The position numbers were made by a program, and so were the translations under genes. Below, in pieces: positions 1 through 9,243 of a stretch of 35,466 nt of DNA. The notes beneath the pieces are model-generated. The model had not been told where the DNA came from. It ran no database searches and saw only the letters and a program-made list of their open reading frames with translations. Within the stretch, counting starts at the first letter, position 1. Each line of letters starts with the position of its first letter. Source of the DNA: an uncultured Iamiaceae bacterium. Lineage in GTDB: Bacteria > Actinomycetota > Acidimicrobiia > Acidimicrobiales > Iamiaceae. Location of the stretch: contig CAZVFF010000001.1 in assembly GCA_964626395.1 (NCBI GenBank), positions 1 to 35,466 of the forward strand, written 5' to 3'.

Positions 1-497
1 GTGCGTGCGGACAACCGGTTCCCGATCTGTCGGCCGACGACGATCGCGAGTCCGTCGGCGGCGACCATCCCCAGGGTCGATCCGAGCCAGGTGCCCACCG
101 GACCGTGACTGGTCGCCAGCGTGATGGTGGCCAGCATCGTCTTGTCGCCGAGTTCGGCCAGGAAGAACGTCGCCCCGACGGTCCACAGCACCGACCGGGT
201 GGTGCGCGCGGCGCGGGCTTCGTCGTCGTCGTCGAGTTCGTCACCCCGCAACGTCCAGGCCGCGAACCCGAAGAAGGCGATGCCCGCCACGATCGAGATC
301 ACGTCGGTGGGCAGCGCCGTGCCCAGCGCCGCGCCGAACACCACGCTGACCAGGTGCACCACGGCGGTGGCGACCGTGATCGCGATCAGGATCGTCACGG
401 CCCGGTAGCGGGTGGCGAAGGTCAGGGCCATCAGTTGGCTCTTGTCGCCCAACTCGGCGACGAAGATGATGCCGAAGCTGATCAGGAAGGCGTCCAC
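1..497 (-). CDS. GDT1/UPF0016 (TMEM165-like) family membrane cation transporter, 3' end cut by window edge
   Basis: Absent from the ORF track because it runs off the window. Reverse-strand GTG at 497 has GAGGA 5 nt upstream. The translation VDAFLISFGIIFVAELGDKSQLMALTFATRY...ATFFLAELGDKTMLATITLATSHGPVGTWLGSTLGMVAADGLAIVVGRQIGNRL carries the two E-x-G-D-K-[ST] signature motifs in hydrophobic segments, separated by an acidic loop (DELDDDDE). Confidence 0.8.
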   Translation of the reverse strand, partial: MDAFLISFGIIFVAELGDKSQLMALTFATRYRAVTILIAITVATAVVHLVSVVFGAALGTALPTDVISIVAGIAFFGFAAWTLRGDELDDDDEARAARTTRSVLWTVGATFFLAELGDKTMLATITLATSHGPVGTWLGSTLGMVAADGLAIVVGRQIGNRLSAR

Positions 498-739
498 GGG
501 GGTCCTCGGAGGTGTCGGGCCCGGAGGACGAGCGAGACGCCGTCGACCGGGCATCGGATGATGCCTGGTCGAAGGTCTTGCTCGTCCGCCGGCGGGCGGC
601 GGATCCGGGGACCGGGGCGTTCTGGGCCCAGCGTGTCGATCGTCCGGCGTGGAGCTACTCCCCTTCGCCACCGGCGAGCGTAGCCCACGCCGGCTCCGGC
701 CCGGGCCCGTTGGGTCCGGTGCCCACTAGCGTCCGGGGC

Positions 740-1501
740 ATGGACGTCGGATCCCCGGAGGTCGCGTTGGCCCGTGTCCTGGTGGGCGCGGCCGAACGAA
801 TCGTGGTGTTGACCGGCGCGGGGATCTCCACCGACAGCGGGATCCCGGATTTCCGTGGCCCGAACGGGTTGTGGACGAAGAACCCGGGGGCGGAGAAGGC
901 GTCGGACATCCGGCACTGGTTGGCCGATCCGCAGGTACGGCGGGCGGCGTGGCGGTCGCGGGTGGCGGCGGCCGACCTGCCGGCGCCTCGTCCGAACGCC
1001 GGTCACCGTGCCCTGGTGGATCTGGAAGGTAGCGGGCGGGTGCTGTTGACGGTGACCCAGAACGTCGACGGGCTCCATGCGGCGGCGGGTGCTGCGCCCG
1101 GACGTCTGGTGGAGATCCACGGCACCACCGCGGATGTGGTGTGTCTGGCGTGCGGTGACCGCATGCCCACTGCGGTGGTGTTGGAACGGGTGCGGGCCGG
1201 CGAGGACGATCCGATGTGTGTCTCGTGCGGCGGGTTGTTGAAGTCGGCGACGATCAGTTTCGGGCAGAACCTGGTCACCGCGGACCTGGAGCGTTCCGAG
1301 GCAGCGGCACGCGCGTGCGACCTGTTGTTGGCGGTGGGTTCGACGTTGTCGGTGTTCCCGATCGCGGCGATGGTGCCGGTCGCGGTCGAGGCGGGCGCAC
1401 GGTTGGTGATCGTGAACGGTTCGCCGACCGAGTTCGACGACCTGGCCGACGTGGTGGTGCGCGGGTCGATCAGCGAGCTGCTGCCCCGCCTGGTGGCCTG
1501 A
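740..1501 (+). CDS. Sir2-family NAD-dependent protein deacylase (canonical sirtuin)
   Basis: In-frame ATG at 740 inside track ORF 512..1501; the upstream part is low-complexity and lies in the divergent promoter region. Signatures: GAGISTDSGIPDFRGPNGLW, TQNVDGLH, catalytic EIHG, Zn ribbon CLACG...CVSCGG, VIVNGSPT. Confidence 0.88.
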   Translation: MDVGSPEVALARVLVGAAERIVVLTGAGISTDSGIPDFRGPNGLWTKNPGAEKASDIRHWLADPQVRRAAWRSRVAAADLPAPRPNAGHRALVDLEGSGRVLLTVTQNVDGLHAAAGAAPGRLVEIHGTTADVVCLACGDRMPTAVVLERVRAGEDDPMCVSCGGLLKSATISFGQNLVTADLERSEAAARACDLLLAVGSTLSVFPIAAMVPVAVEAGARLVIVNGSPTEFDDLADVVVRGSISELLPRLVA

Positions 1502-1543
1502 GCCGCGCCCGAGGGGTGGGCCGGGCGGTGCGGACCGGTTACA

Positions 1544-2509
1544 CAGGTGGTCGAGCAGGGCCTGTTTGATCGCGGGGCGGGACCCGAACACGAGCAGGAA
1601 CATCGATTCGCGCAGCAGGCGTTGGGCGTGCTGGTCGGTTTCGATGGAGCGGCTGCCGACGGTGACCACCAGGATCGTCGCGGCCCGGTTGGCGAAGGCG
1701 GACGCGGCGGCCCGGGCGGCGGCCATGTCGGTGTCGCCGGCGTGGTCGAGCCGGTCCCGGACGGTGTCGAGTTCGTCGTCCAGCGGTGACGGTCCGAGCA
1801 GCGCACAGCAGCGTCGGGCGACCCCGAGCGACAGCGAGCCGTTCAGACGCAGGCGCGCCCCGCCGGCGGCGGCCGGGTCGTGGGGGGTGACACTCACCAC
1901 GCGGTCGTCGGCCACGTCGTCGAAACCGAGGCGCACGGTGCCCGACGCGTCGAGGGCGGCCAACCGGTGCCGGGTGGCTCCCAGGCCGGGGTGTGCGAGG
2001 TCGTCGACGACGACGGTGACCACGGTGTCGTCGGGGCCCCGGGCGGCGACCTGCAACGTGTCGATCCGTCCCCACCCCGACACCCACGGGGCGTCGCCCT
2101 GCAGGAGCCATCCGGTCCCGGTGCGGACCGCCTGCAGCGGGGACGGGCCGGGGATCAGCCCGGTGAACACGATCCCGGACCGCCGTCGGCCCCGGCACAG
2201 GTCGGCGAGCAGTTCGTCGCGCAGCGGGTCGGGTCCGAGCAGCAGGTTGCCGACCAGGCCGTGGTGTTGCATCCACACCAGCGCGGTGGTGAGACATCCC
2301 GACGCGACATGTTCGACGATTGCACAGGCGGTGTCCAGGTCGGCGGCCCAGCCGCCGGATTCGACCGGTCCGAACATGCCGTACAGGCCGGCGTCGGCGA
2401 GCGCGTCGAGGTTGGCGCGGGGCAGCAGGTCGGCGCGGTCGGTTTCCAGCGCGGCGGGTAGCAGCACGTGTTCGGCGATGTCCGCTGCCGCGGCGACCGG
2501 TTCGTTCAC
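1544..2509 (-). CDS. acyl-CoA dehydrogenase-fold family protein (3' end unresolved, no in-frame stop)
   Basis: GTG at 2509 has GAGGAG 5 nt upstream. The 322 codons have an ACAD-like layout (LDALADAGLYGMFGP, GWLLQGDAPWVSGWG, C-terminal AQRLLRESMFLLVFGSRPAIKQALL). The frame stays open to 482 as the antisense of the sirtuin gene. The 1544 end marks where protein-like sequence stops, not a stop codon. Confidence 0.6.
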
Positions 2510-2789
2510 GTGCGCTCCTCGTTCCTGGGGGGCCGGGTCGATGGTGGTGTCCGCTGGTCGTTCACGGACCGTGCGGTGCGGACCGTCCGGGGTCGGTGCG
2601 GTCATGGTGACATCGGCGGGTCGGTGAGGACACATCCTGGTCGAGGCGTGGCGGAGCGTCCCCCGACGACCCGCCACGGTCACTAGATTCTGCGGGACAC
2701 CGCCCGTGGGAGACCGCACCGCGACGCGTCGGGGATCGACCGTCGGGAATCGGGACCGCGGCGAACCCGTCGGTGAACATTCGAGGACG

Positions 2790-3347
2790 ATGACCACGAA
2801 CCACAGCACGACCAACGAACCGACGGGACCGGCGCTCCGGCGGGCACGCACGGGACGCGCGCCCCGGTCCCGGCTCGTCGGCCTGGTGGCCGGGGTGGCC
2901 CTGGTCGTGTCCGGGGCAACGGCGTGTTCGTCGGGGTCGCCGTCGAAGGCCGAACGCAACCGTCAGGCGACCGAGGCGGCCGCCCAGGTGCTGGGTCTGC
3001 GTGCTGCAGGGAAGACCGGTCCGGCGTGGCAGCGCCTCGTGCCCGTACAGCAGGCGGTGCTGGACGAGCCGACGTTCACCGACTGTGTGCCGTCCCGGAC
3101 GATCACGGATTTCACCGCCGAACGTGACGACATCGGCGACGAGACGATCCGCGTACCGGGTACGGCGCAGACGATGGATTCCAAACGGGTGGTGATGGAC
3201 GTGTCCGGCCACGCGGACGGTGACGTGGTCGACGAGCAGGTGGCGATCACCATGATCCGTGACGGCGACACGTGGTTCTGGGCGTTGGATCCCGCCGAGA
3301 TCGTGGACTGTCCGATCCCCGAACCCGAACTCGACGACGAACCCTGA
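2790..3347 (+). CDS. putative secreted lipoprotein, function unknown
   Basis: ATG 2790 has GAGGA upstream. Basic N-region (RRARTGRAPRSR) and hydrophobic LVGLVAGVALVVSGATA are followed by Cys (lipobox-like), then an SSGS linker. GC3-rich frame. Confidence 0.6.
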   Translation: MTTNHSTTNEPTGPALRRARTGRAPRSRLVGLVAGVALVVSGATACSSGSPSKAERNRQATEAAAQVLGLRAAGKTGPAWQRLVPVQQAVLDEPTFTDCVPSRTITDFTAERDDIGDETIRVPGTAQTMDSKRVVMDVSGHADGDVVDEQVAITMIRDGDTWFWALDPAEIVDCPIPEPELDDEP

Positions 3348-3398
3348 CACCCGGGCCCCGGCCCCGCCGGGCCCCGGGCGACCCGTACCGGCGGGCCG

Positions 3399-6300
3399 TC
3401 AGTGCGGTAGCAGGAACGTCTGGTCGGTGTACCCGGGAGGGCACTGCTGGTCCGCCACACCGGCTTCGACGTCCTGTTTCAGGACGTACACGTCGTCGGG
3501 TGGGATCGCCGGCGGCACCCCGGGGAAGTGGCAGCGGTGCAGGTGGGTCGAATGATTCACCGACCCGGTGTTGCCGACGGCGAACGGTTTGGGGTTGCCC
3601 CGGTCCCACGAGCAGTTGCTGATCGCCAGGTTCCCGCCGATGAACTGCGTGCCGGTGACCGTCACGTCCGACGACACCGGCGTGAGCAGCCCGCAACCAT
3701 GGTTGGCCCGGATCGCGGTGCCGGCCTGGTTGGTGATCGTGGCGTTCGAGACGTGCACGGTCGACCCGCCGTTCGCCTCGATCGAACCCTTCAGGACCAT
3801 CGTGGTCCCGGCGAAGGTCGCGTTGCCGTGCACGGCGATCGGGTAGTCGACGAGCAGGTGCGCGGCCCCCACGGTCAACGACGTCCCCGCCGGTACCGTC
3901 ACACCGGCCAGACGGTGGGTCTCCACCAGGTCGGTCGGCGCGATCTCCCAGCCGCCGCCGACCACGGCGTTGGTCACTTCGATCGTGCGTTGTGTCGGGG
4001 TCGTGCCGACCGTCCGGTTGGTCGGGGCGAACCCGGACACGTCGGCGACATCGCTCATCCGCAACGGCAGGTCGGTGTCGTACCAGGTGTTGTCGTCGAT
4101 GTCGACGGTCCGGACGGTGTTGACGGTGATCGGTGACCGGTGGAACTCGTTGCCGGTCAGGGCGAGCCGGTCGGGCTGGCTGACGTACACGTCGGCGTCC
4201 TCGACGACGCTCGAGGCGATCGACACGTCGTAGCGACGGTGTTCGGGGGCGGTCAGGCCGTGGATCCGCAGGTCGACGCCGCGCACGAGGGCGGCGTCGA
4301 TGTCGAGCCGGGACGTCGACCGGTCCGAGTGGTTGCTGTAGCCGATGGCCGCCTTGGTGGCGTACGGGCCGCAGCCGGCCTGCATCCCGGCGGTGACGTC
4401 GACGAGCGACGTGTCGCACACGGTGGTGACGGTCGCCCCGGTGGCACGGAAGGTGCCACCGTTGGCGACCTCGAGTTCACTCTCGGCGAGGAGCAGCAGC
4501 GCACCGGGCCCGGCGTGCAGGGTTCCGCCGTCGCGGACCCGCAACCCGGCGACGTGGGTGACCATGTCGTCGGCGGCATCGAGGTTCCAGGTGCCGGTCA
4601 CACCGGAGATCGACACGGCCTGGACGCGTTGGATGTCGGTGCCTTCGGCGCGGTTGCCGGTGATGCCGGACACGTCGTCGACCAGCGTGACGATCATCGC
4701 GGGGCCCGGGTCGCTGTCGGATCCCACATGGCGTGCGTCACTGAACGTGTTGCCGGTGACGGTGACGGCGTCGGTGGCGTGGAACCGCACCGAGCTGGAT
4801 TCGATGGTGTTCCCGACGAGCGCGATGGTCCCGTCGAAGTCGGCGACGGTGTCGTACACCGTGGAGTGCTGCATCGAAAGCGACGGGTCCGTGCCGAGGG
4901 ACTGGCGGACGTAGAGGTCGATCGACCGGACGCCGGCCCCGGTGAACAGGGCGGTGGCGTCGTCACTCACGGTCACCATCGGACGCGCCGTGTAGGGGCG
5001 GGTCATGTCGCACCCGTCCAGGGTGCGGTACGTGGCGTCGTAGTGGCCGACCAGGTGCACCAGGGTCGTGTCGCACACCGAGGTGATCGTGCCGGTGGCG
5101 AGCAACGTGGCGGTGTCGTGCACCGTGATGCCCTCGCCGGCCCCGGGGAAACCGACGTGCAGGTCGGCGCCCGCGCCCACGACCACCATTCCGCCACCGA
5201 CGACCTTCAGGTGGGCGACCAGGGTGATCGCGTCGGCACTCGGGTCGATCGTCCAGGTGCCGGTCACCTGCGAGGAGGTGACCTCGACGACCCGTTGGAT
5301 GTGGTCCCCCGAAGTCGTGTTGCCGTGGATGCGTGCGGTGTCGCCGAGGCGTTGCGCGACGAGTGCCGGGACCTGCCGCGGGTCGATGTCGTCGGGTTCG
5401 ACGGCATCGATGAACGTGTTGCCGGTGACCGTCGGCGCGGGCGCGTCGGCCACGACGGTGCGGGACCCCTCGAAGGTGTTGTCGGTGACCCGCACCGCGC
5501 CGCGCAGGTCGAGCGTGGTGTCGACGAACCGGGAGTCCGCGATCGTCTGCACGCCCGGAGCGATCCCACCGATGTGGCTCCGGGTGACGTCGGCTCCGTG
5601 GAACGTCGCGGTGCCCCGGATCTGCCAGGTGCCCACGGGTCGCCACGGTGCGGGCTGGTCGCACCCGTACGGCGGGTCGCCGGGCAGGGCGGTGTCGCAC
5701 AGGTCGACCAGTGCGGGGTGGTCGTCACCGGCGGAGGCGACCAGGAGGCGTCCGCCCGGATCGACGGTGACGTTCCCGGCGGCGACGGTGGCGTCACCGA
5801 CGATCGCCAGGGTCACCCCGTCGGGAACGGTGACCGGACACTGGTGGAGCACCACGGTGCCGGTCCAGACGGTGTCGGCTCCCAACGTGCCGCACGCCGG
5901 TGCGGACCCGGCGGCCGGGGTGGCGGTGGCGACCGGTGACGGCTCGCTCGGCGTCGCGCCATGTCGTGCCCGCACCCGATACGACACGGCGGTGCCGTTG
6001 GTGAGGCCGTCATCGACCAGCCAGGTGGTCGTGGCGTCGGTGTCGGCCAGCGCGGTCCACGGCCCGGACGGGTCGGCGGCGTGTTCGACGACGTGACCGG
6101 TCGCACCCGGAACGTCGGTCCACTCCAGGGCGACGACGCCGTCACCGGGGGTCGCGTGCAGTTCGGCGGGCCCCGTGGCCGGGTCGGTTCCCCCGGTCGG
6201 TTCACCGGTCACCTCGGTGGTCTGTCCGGCGAGGACCGTGACGGTTCCACACGGTGGCGGCTCCCAGCCGGGCGCCGGGCCGAAACACACCTCGTGGTCA

Positions 6301-7202
6301 CCGACGGGAACGTCGGTCCACACGCCCCAGGCGTTCGCCGGGTTGCCGTCGATGCTGATCGTCGACGCCGCGGGTGGGTCGGTGGTGACCCGCAACGTGC
6401 CGTGGGGGGCGAAGGTGCCGACGACCTCGGCGGTCTCCCCTGCGGTGACGGTCACGGTTTCACACGGTGGGGTGCCGTGGCCTTCGACGTCGCCGAAACA
6501 CACCTCGTGGTCTCCGGGGGTGGTCTCCAACCAGTCCAGGCCCCAGGTGTCGGCGTCGTGGCCGTCCAGGACGATCCGGGCGGGCACGGGCGGGGCGGTG
6601 GTCACCCGCAGCAGTCCCACGTCGGTCGCCCCCGGGGCGCCCGGGTTCGGCGTGTAGTCGCCGGTGAGGTGCGCGGTGGCAGCGACGGGGACGGTGACGG
6701 TTGCACACGGCGGCGGGTCGTGGTCGGCGACCGGTCCGAAACACACCTCGTGGGTGCCGGCGGGCCGGTCGGTCGAGGCCGCCCAGTTGTCCACGGGGTG
6801 CCCGTCGACGGTGATGCGGGCCGCGACGGGCGGGTCGGTGGTCACCCGCAGGTGCCCACCGGGGGTGAACATCCCGACGGTGGCGGTGGTTTCGCCGGCC
6901 TGGACGGTCACGGTGTCACAGTCGGGGGTGGTGTGCATCGGCACGTCGCCGAAACACACCTCGTGGTCTCCGACCGCGACCTCGACCCAGTCGAGGCCCC
7001 AGGTGTCGCCGATGTTCCCGTCCACGGTGATCCGTGACGGCACGGGCGGCGCGGTGGTGACCCGCAGCAACCCGGTTTCCGTCGGTGCGGGTGCGCCCGA
7101 TGCGGTTGCCGGGGGAACGGCCACGACGGCGACGGTGAGCACGGCCAGGACCGCGGCGATACACGTCACCCCGATGAAGGTCGCCGCCCGCTTGGTTTGC
7201 AC
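3399..7202 (-). CDS. large secreted multidomain protein: signal peptide, 4 PEGA-like Ig-fold repeats, FN3, three right-handed beta-helix-like modules
   Basis: GTG 7202 (AAGGCGGA upstream) begins KRAATFIGVTCIAAVLAVLTVAVVAVPPATA/SG. The upstream 88 codons of track ORF 3399..7466 are Arg/Pro-rich and would run into the divergent ABC gene. Four LRVTT-PP...VDG...G-HEVCFG units are followed by an FN3-like segment (VALEWTDVPGATGHVVEH...VSYRVRA). Then come long Gly/Thr/Val/Asn-rich repeats containing VTGNTF / ITGN motifs. Confidence 0.85.
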   Translation of the reverse strand: MQTKRAATFIGVTCIAAVLAVLTVAVVAVPPATASGAPAPTETGLLRVTTAPPVPSRITVDGNIGDTWGLDWVEVAVGDHEVCFGDVPMHTTPDCDTVTVQAGETTATVGMFTPGGHLRVTTDPPVAARITVDGHPVDNWAASTDRPAGTHEVCFGPVADHDPPPCATVTVPVAATAHLTGDYTPNPGAPGATDVGLLRVTTAPPVPARIVLDGHDADTWGLDWLETTPGDHEVCFGDVEGHGTPPCETVTVTAGETAEVVGTFAPHGTLRVTTDPPAASTISIDGNPANAWGVWTDVPVGDHEVCFGPAPGWEPPPCGTVTVLAGQTTEVTGEPTGGTDPATGPAELHATPGDGVVALEWTDVPGATGHVVEHAADPSGPWTALADTDATTTWLVDDGLTNGTAVSYRVRARHGATPSEPSPVATATPAAGSAPACGTLGADTVWTGTVVLHQCPVTVPDGVTLAIVGDATVAAGNVTVDPGGRLLVASAGDDHPALVDLCDTALPGDPPYGCDQPAPWRPVGTWQIRGTATFHGADVTRSHIGGIAPGVQTIADSRFVDTTLDLRGAVRVTDNTFEGSRTVVADAPAPTVTGNTFIDAVEPDDIDPRQVPALVAQRLGDTARIHGNTTSGDHIQRVVEVTSSQVTGTWTIDPSADAITLVAHLKVVGGGMVVVGAGADLHVGFPGAGEGITVHDTATLLATGTITSVCDTTLVHLVGHYDATYRTLDGCDMTRPYTARPMVTVSDDATALFTGAGVRSIDLYVRQSLGTDPSLSMQHSTVYDTVADFDGTIALVGNTIESSSVRFHATDAVTVTGNTFSDARHVGSDSDPGPAMIVTLVDDVSGITGNRAEGTDIQRVQAVSISGVTGTWNLDAADDMVTHVAGLRVRDGGTLHAGPGALLLLAESELEVANGGTFRATGATVTTVCDTSLVDVTAGMQAGCGPYATKAAIGYSNHSDRSTSRLDIDAALVRGVDLRIHGLTAPEHRRYDVSIASSVVEDADVYVSQPDRLALTGNEFHRSPITVNTVRTVDIDDNTWYDTDLPLRMSDVADVSGFAPTNRTVGTTPTQRTIEVTNAVVGGGWEIAPTDLVETHRLAGVTVPAGTSLTVGAAHLLVDYPIAVHGNATFAGTTMVLKGSIEANGGSTVHVSNATITNQAGTAIRANHGCGLLTPVSSDVTVTGTQFIGGNLAISNCSWDRGNPKPFAVGNTGSVNHSTHLHRCHFPGVPPAIPPDDVYVLKQDVEAGVADQQCPPGYTDQTFLLPH
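3612..5429 (-). repeat. three tandem ~200-220-aa beta-helix-like modules inside the large secreted protein
   Basis: Each module starts at VTGNTF(I/S)DA, VTGNTFSDA or LTGNEFHRS (ORF residues 680, 903, 1103). All share the order ...IQRV-(V/Q)-V(T/S)-S-VTGTW-(T/N)-(I/L)D...TVCDT(T/S)LV... Confidence 0.6.
6189..7073 (-). repeat. duplicated two-domain unit (A-B-A'-B') of PEGA-like repeats, ~72-80 aa each
   Basis: GLLRVTTAPPVPSRITVDG...GDHEVCFGDV / GHLRVTTDPPVAARITVDG...GTHEVCFGPV, then GLLRVTTAPPVPARIVLDG...GDHEVCFGDV / GTLRVTTDPPAASTISIDG...GDHEVCFGPA. Confidence 0.75.
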
Positions 7203-7370
7203 GCCGGATCCGCCTTGTGGGTCCACGGGGGTTCCGCACCCGCCGCTTCCGATTCGATTCGGTGGTGCCCGCAGAATAGCCGGGTCCGGTCGGGTGTGCA
7301 CCGCGAACGTGGTCCGTTCGGGAACCGGTGGCGACGGTGACCGCCCGGCGGGGCTCGGTACGCTGCTCCG

Positions 7371-8294
7371 GTGACCGTGACCGACCCTGCGATCGTCGTC
7401 GAGGGGCTGTACAAGGCCTACGGCGACACCGCCGCGGTGGACGGGTTGTCCTTCGAGGTCGCCCACGGTGAGTGCGTCGCGATCCTGGGCCCGAACGGGG
7501 CCGGCAAGACGACCACCGTGGAGATCCTGGAAGGGTTCCGGACCCGTGATGCGGGTCGGGTCGAGGTGCTCGGCTTCGACCCGGGCTCCTCAGCGGCCGC
7601 GTTCCGGGAACGGATCGGGATCGTGTTGCAGTCGTGTGGGATCGAACGGTACCTGTCGGTCGGTGAGGTCCTGGAGTTGCACGCCGGCTACTACACCGAC
7701 CCGCTCGACGTGGACCACGTGTTGCAGGTGACCGGGCTGGGGGCGAAAGCCGGTGACCGGATCAAGACGTTGTCCGGCGGTCAGCAACGCCGGGTGGATC
7801 TGGCGTTGGGGATCATCGGGAACCCGGAGCTGATCTTCCTGGACGAACCCACCACCGGGTTCGACCCGTCCGCTCGACGGGCCGCGTGGGACGTGGTCGA
7901 CAACCTCCGGGCGATGGGCCGCACGGTGTTGTTGACCACCCACTACATGGACGAGGCGCGGCATCTGGCCGACCGGTTGGTGGTGGTCGCCCGGGGGCGT
8001 GTGGTCGCCGAGGGGACCCCGGACGAGTTGGCGGCCCGGACCCACCGCGACGCCCGGCTGCGGTTCTTCCCACCCGAGGAGCTCGCGTTGCCGCCACACC
8101 TGGCGGGGAGGTTCACCGCGGACGGCCACACCGGCGCGTTGGTGGCCGAGACGGCCGCGCCGACGGTGCTGGTGCACGAGCTGACCGCGTGGGCGGTCGA
8201 GGTGGGCGTCGAACTGGACGGGTTGTCGGTGAGCCGGCCGGACCTGGAGGACGTCTACCTGGAGTTGGTCGCCGACGCGACGGGGGCGACGTGA
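7371..8294 (+). CDS. ABC transporter ATP-binding protein (ABC-2/DrrA-like exporter ATPase)
   Basis: Walker A GPNGAGKTT, signature LSGGQQRR, Walker B LIFLDEPTTGFD, H-loop TTHYM. Confidence 0.93.
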   Translation: MTVTDPAIVVEGLYKAYGDTAAVDGLSFEVAHGECVAILGPNGAGKTTTVEILEGFRTRDAGRVEVLGFDPGSSAAAFRERIGIVLQSCGIERYLSVGEVLELHAGYYTDPLDVDHVLQVTGLGAKAGDRIKTLSGGQQRRVDLALGIIGNPELIFLDEPTTGFDPSARRAAWDVVDNLRAMGRTVLLTTHYMDEARHLADRLVVVARGRVVAEGTPDELAARTHRDARLRFFPPEELALPPHLAGRFTADGHTGALVAETAAPTVLVHELTAWAVEVGVELDGLSVSRPDLEDVYLELVADATGAT

Positions 8295-9112
8295 ACGCCT
8301 CGCGGGCCGCGGGTCTGGTGCGCCGCCAGCTCGTCGCCGAACAGAAGATGTTCTGGCGCAACCCGTCGTCGGCGGGGTTCACGATCGCGTTCCCGTTGAT
8401 GTTCCTGACGATCTTCAGCCTGGTGAACGGCAACGACGAGATCGCGATCCCCGGCGTCGGGCTGGTCCAGTTCGCGGATTTCTACCTGGCCGGCATCATC
8501 GTGATGGCGGTGTTGTCGGCGAACTTCATGTCACTCGCGGTGAGTCTGGTGATCCGCCGCGACGACGGCGTGTTGGAACGCAAGCGGGGCACTCCCCTGC
8601 CGCCGTGGGCCTTGTTCGCGGGCGTGATGGCCTCGATGGCGATCGTGTCGTTGATCATGCTGGCGGCGACCACGGCGATGGCGATGGGGTTCTTCGGGGT
8701 GCCGTTCCCCCGGCATCCGGTGCTGGTGGTGGCGATCACCCTGTTCGGTTCGGCGATGTTCGCCGCGATCGGCCTGGCGGCCACGGGCATCATGGCCAAC
8801 GCGGACGCGGCGCCGGCGATCGTGAACGTGGTGTCGTTGCCGATCCTGTTCCTGTCGGGGGTGTTCTTCCCGATCCCGACCGAGTGGGTGTCCAACGTGA
8901 GTCGGGCGTTGCCGGTGGCACCCATGCGGAACCTGTTGTTCGAGGCGTTCGCACCGCCGATCCGGAACTGCGTGCAGGCGGTGGGTTGCGAAGCACCGGT
9001 GACCCACCCGACGGGGTTGTCGTGGGTCGACGCCGCGGTGCTCCTCGCCTGGTTGGTGGTGGCCGTTCTGGTGGCGTCCCGGGTGTTCCGCTGGACCCGT
9101 TCGGGCGACTGA
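8291..9112 (+). CDS. ABC-2 type transporter permease
   Basis: GTG 8291 overlaps the ATPase stop (GTGA). About six hydrophobic spans (FTIAFPLMFLTIF, YLAGIIVMAVLSANFM, ALFAGVMASMAIVSLIMLAATTAMAMGFF, VLVVAITLFGSAMFAAIGLAATGI, VSLPILFLSGVFFPI, AAVLLAWLVVAVLVA). The upstream part of track ORF 7886..9112 is an out-of-frame shadow of the ATPase gene. Confidence 0.85.
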   Translation: MNASRAAGLVRRQLVAEQKMFWRNPSSAGFTIAFPLMFLTIFSLVNGNDEIAIPGVGLVQFADFYLAGIIVMAVLSANFMSLAVSLVIRRDDGVLERKRGTPLPPWALFAGVMASMAIVSLIMLAATTAMAMGFFGVPFPRHPVLVVAITLFGSAMFAAIGLAATGIMANADAAPAIVNVVSLPILFLSGVFFPIPTEWVSNVSRALPVAPMRNLLFEAFAPPIRNCVQAVGCEAPVTHPTGLSWVDAAVLLAWLVVAVLVASRVFRWTRSGD

Positions 9113-9243
9113 GCGGACGCCCGGACGACGGCCCGGGCCGGTCGGTGCCGTCGGAGCGCGTGACTCCGCACCTGCGGGGCGCGTCGGCGCTTGGATCGAC
9201 CGCCGGCGGGCTGCGCGACGTCGGTCGTACCCGGCTAGACAGG

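Noticed and set aside
105-683. 192-aa and 95-aa + strand ORFs at the left edge
   Set aside because: Their Arg/Gly/His-rich composition is typical of shadow frames. The opposite strand encodes a convincing GDT1/UPF0016 protein with both signature motifs.
740-1501. The sirtuin as part of a defence system
   Set aside because: It has the canonical deacylase features (CxxC...CxxC Zn ribbon, GAGIS-x-SGIPDFR) and sits in the very GC-rich housekeeping part. It lacks the defence-type SIR2_2 motifs seen in the 24187-26310 protein.
482-2959. 825-aa ORF as a single large protein
   Set aside because: It is a chimera. Only codons from GTG 2509 to ~1544 look like a real (ACAD-like) protein. The upstream part is Arg/Pro-rich leader. 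The part from 1501 to 482 is the in-register antisense of the clearly genuine sirtuin gene.
3351-3378. GC-rich CCGGGCCCCGG direct repeat/partial hairpin between convergent genes as an intrinsic terminator
   Set aside because: The arms pair only imperfectly and no U-tract follows on either strand, so I cannot support a terminator call.
3247-7037. Multiple 200-600-aa ORFs (3247..4419, 4140..5939, 4963..5700, 5961..7037 and others) overlapping the large secreted-protein gene
   Set aside because: All are Arg/Gly/Pro/His-rich with no motifs. They are alternative or antisense frames of a high-GC gene whose own frame has clear domain repeats.
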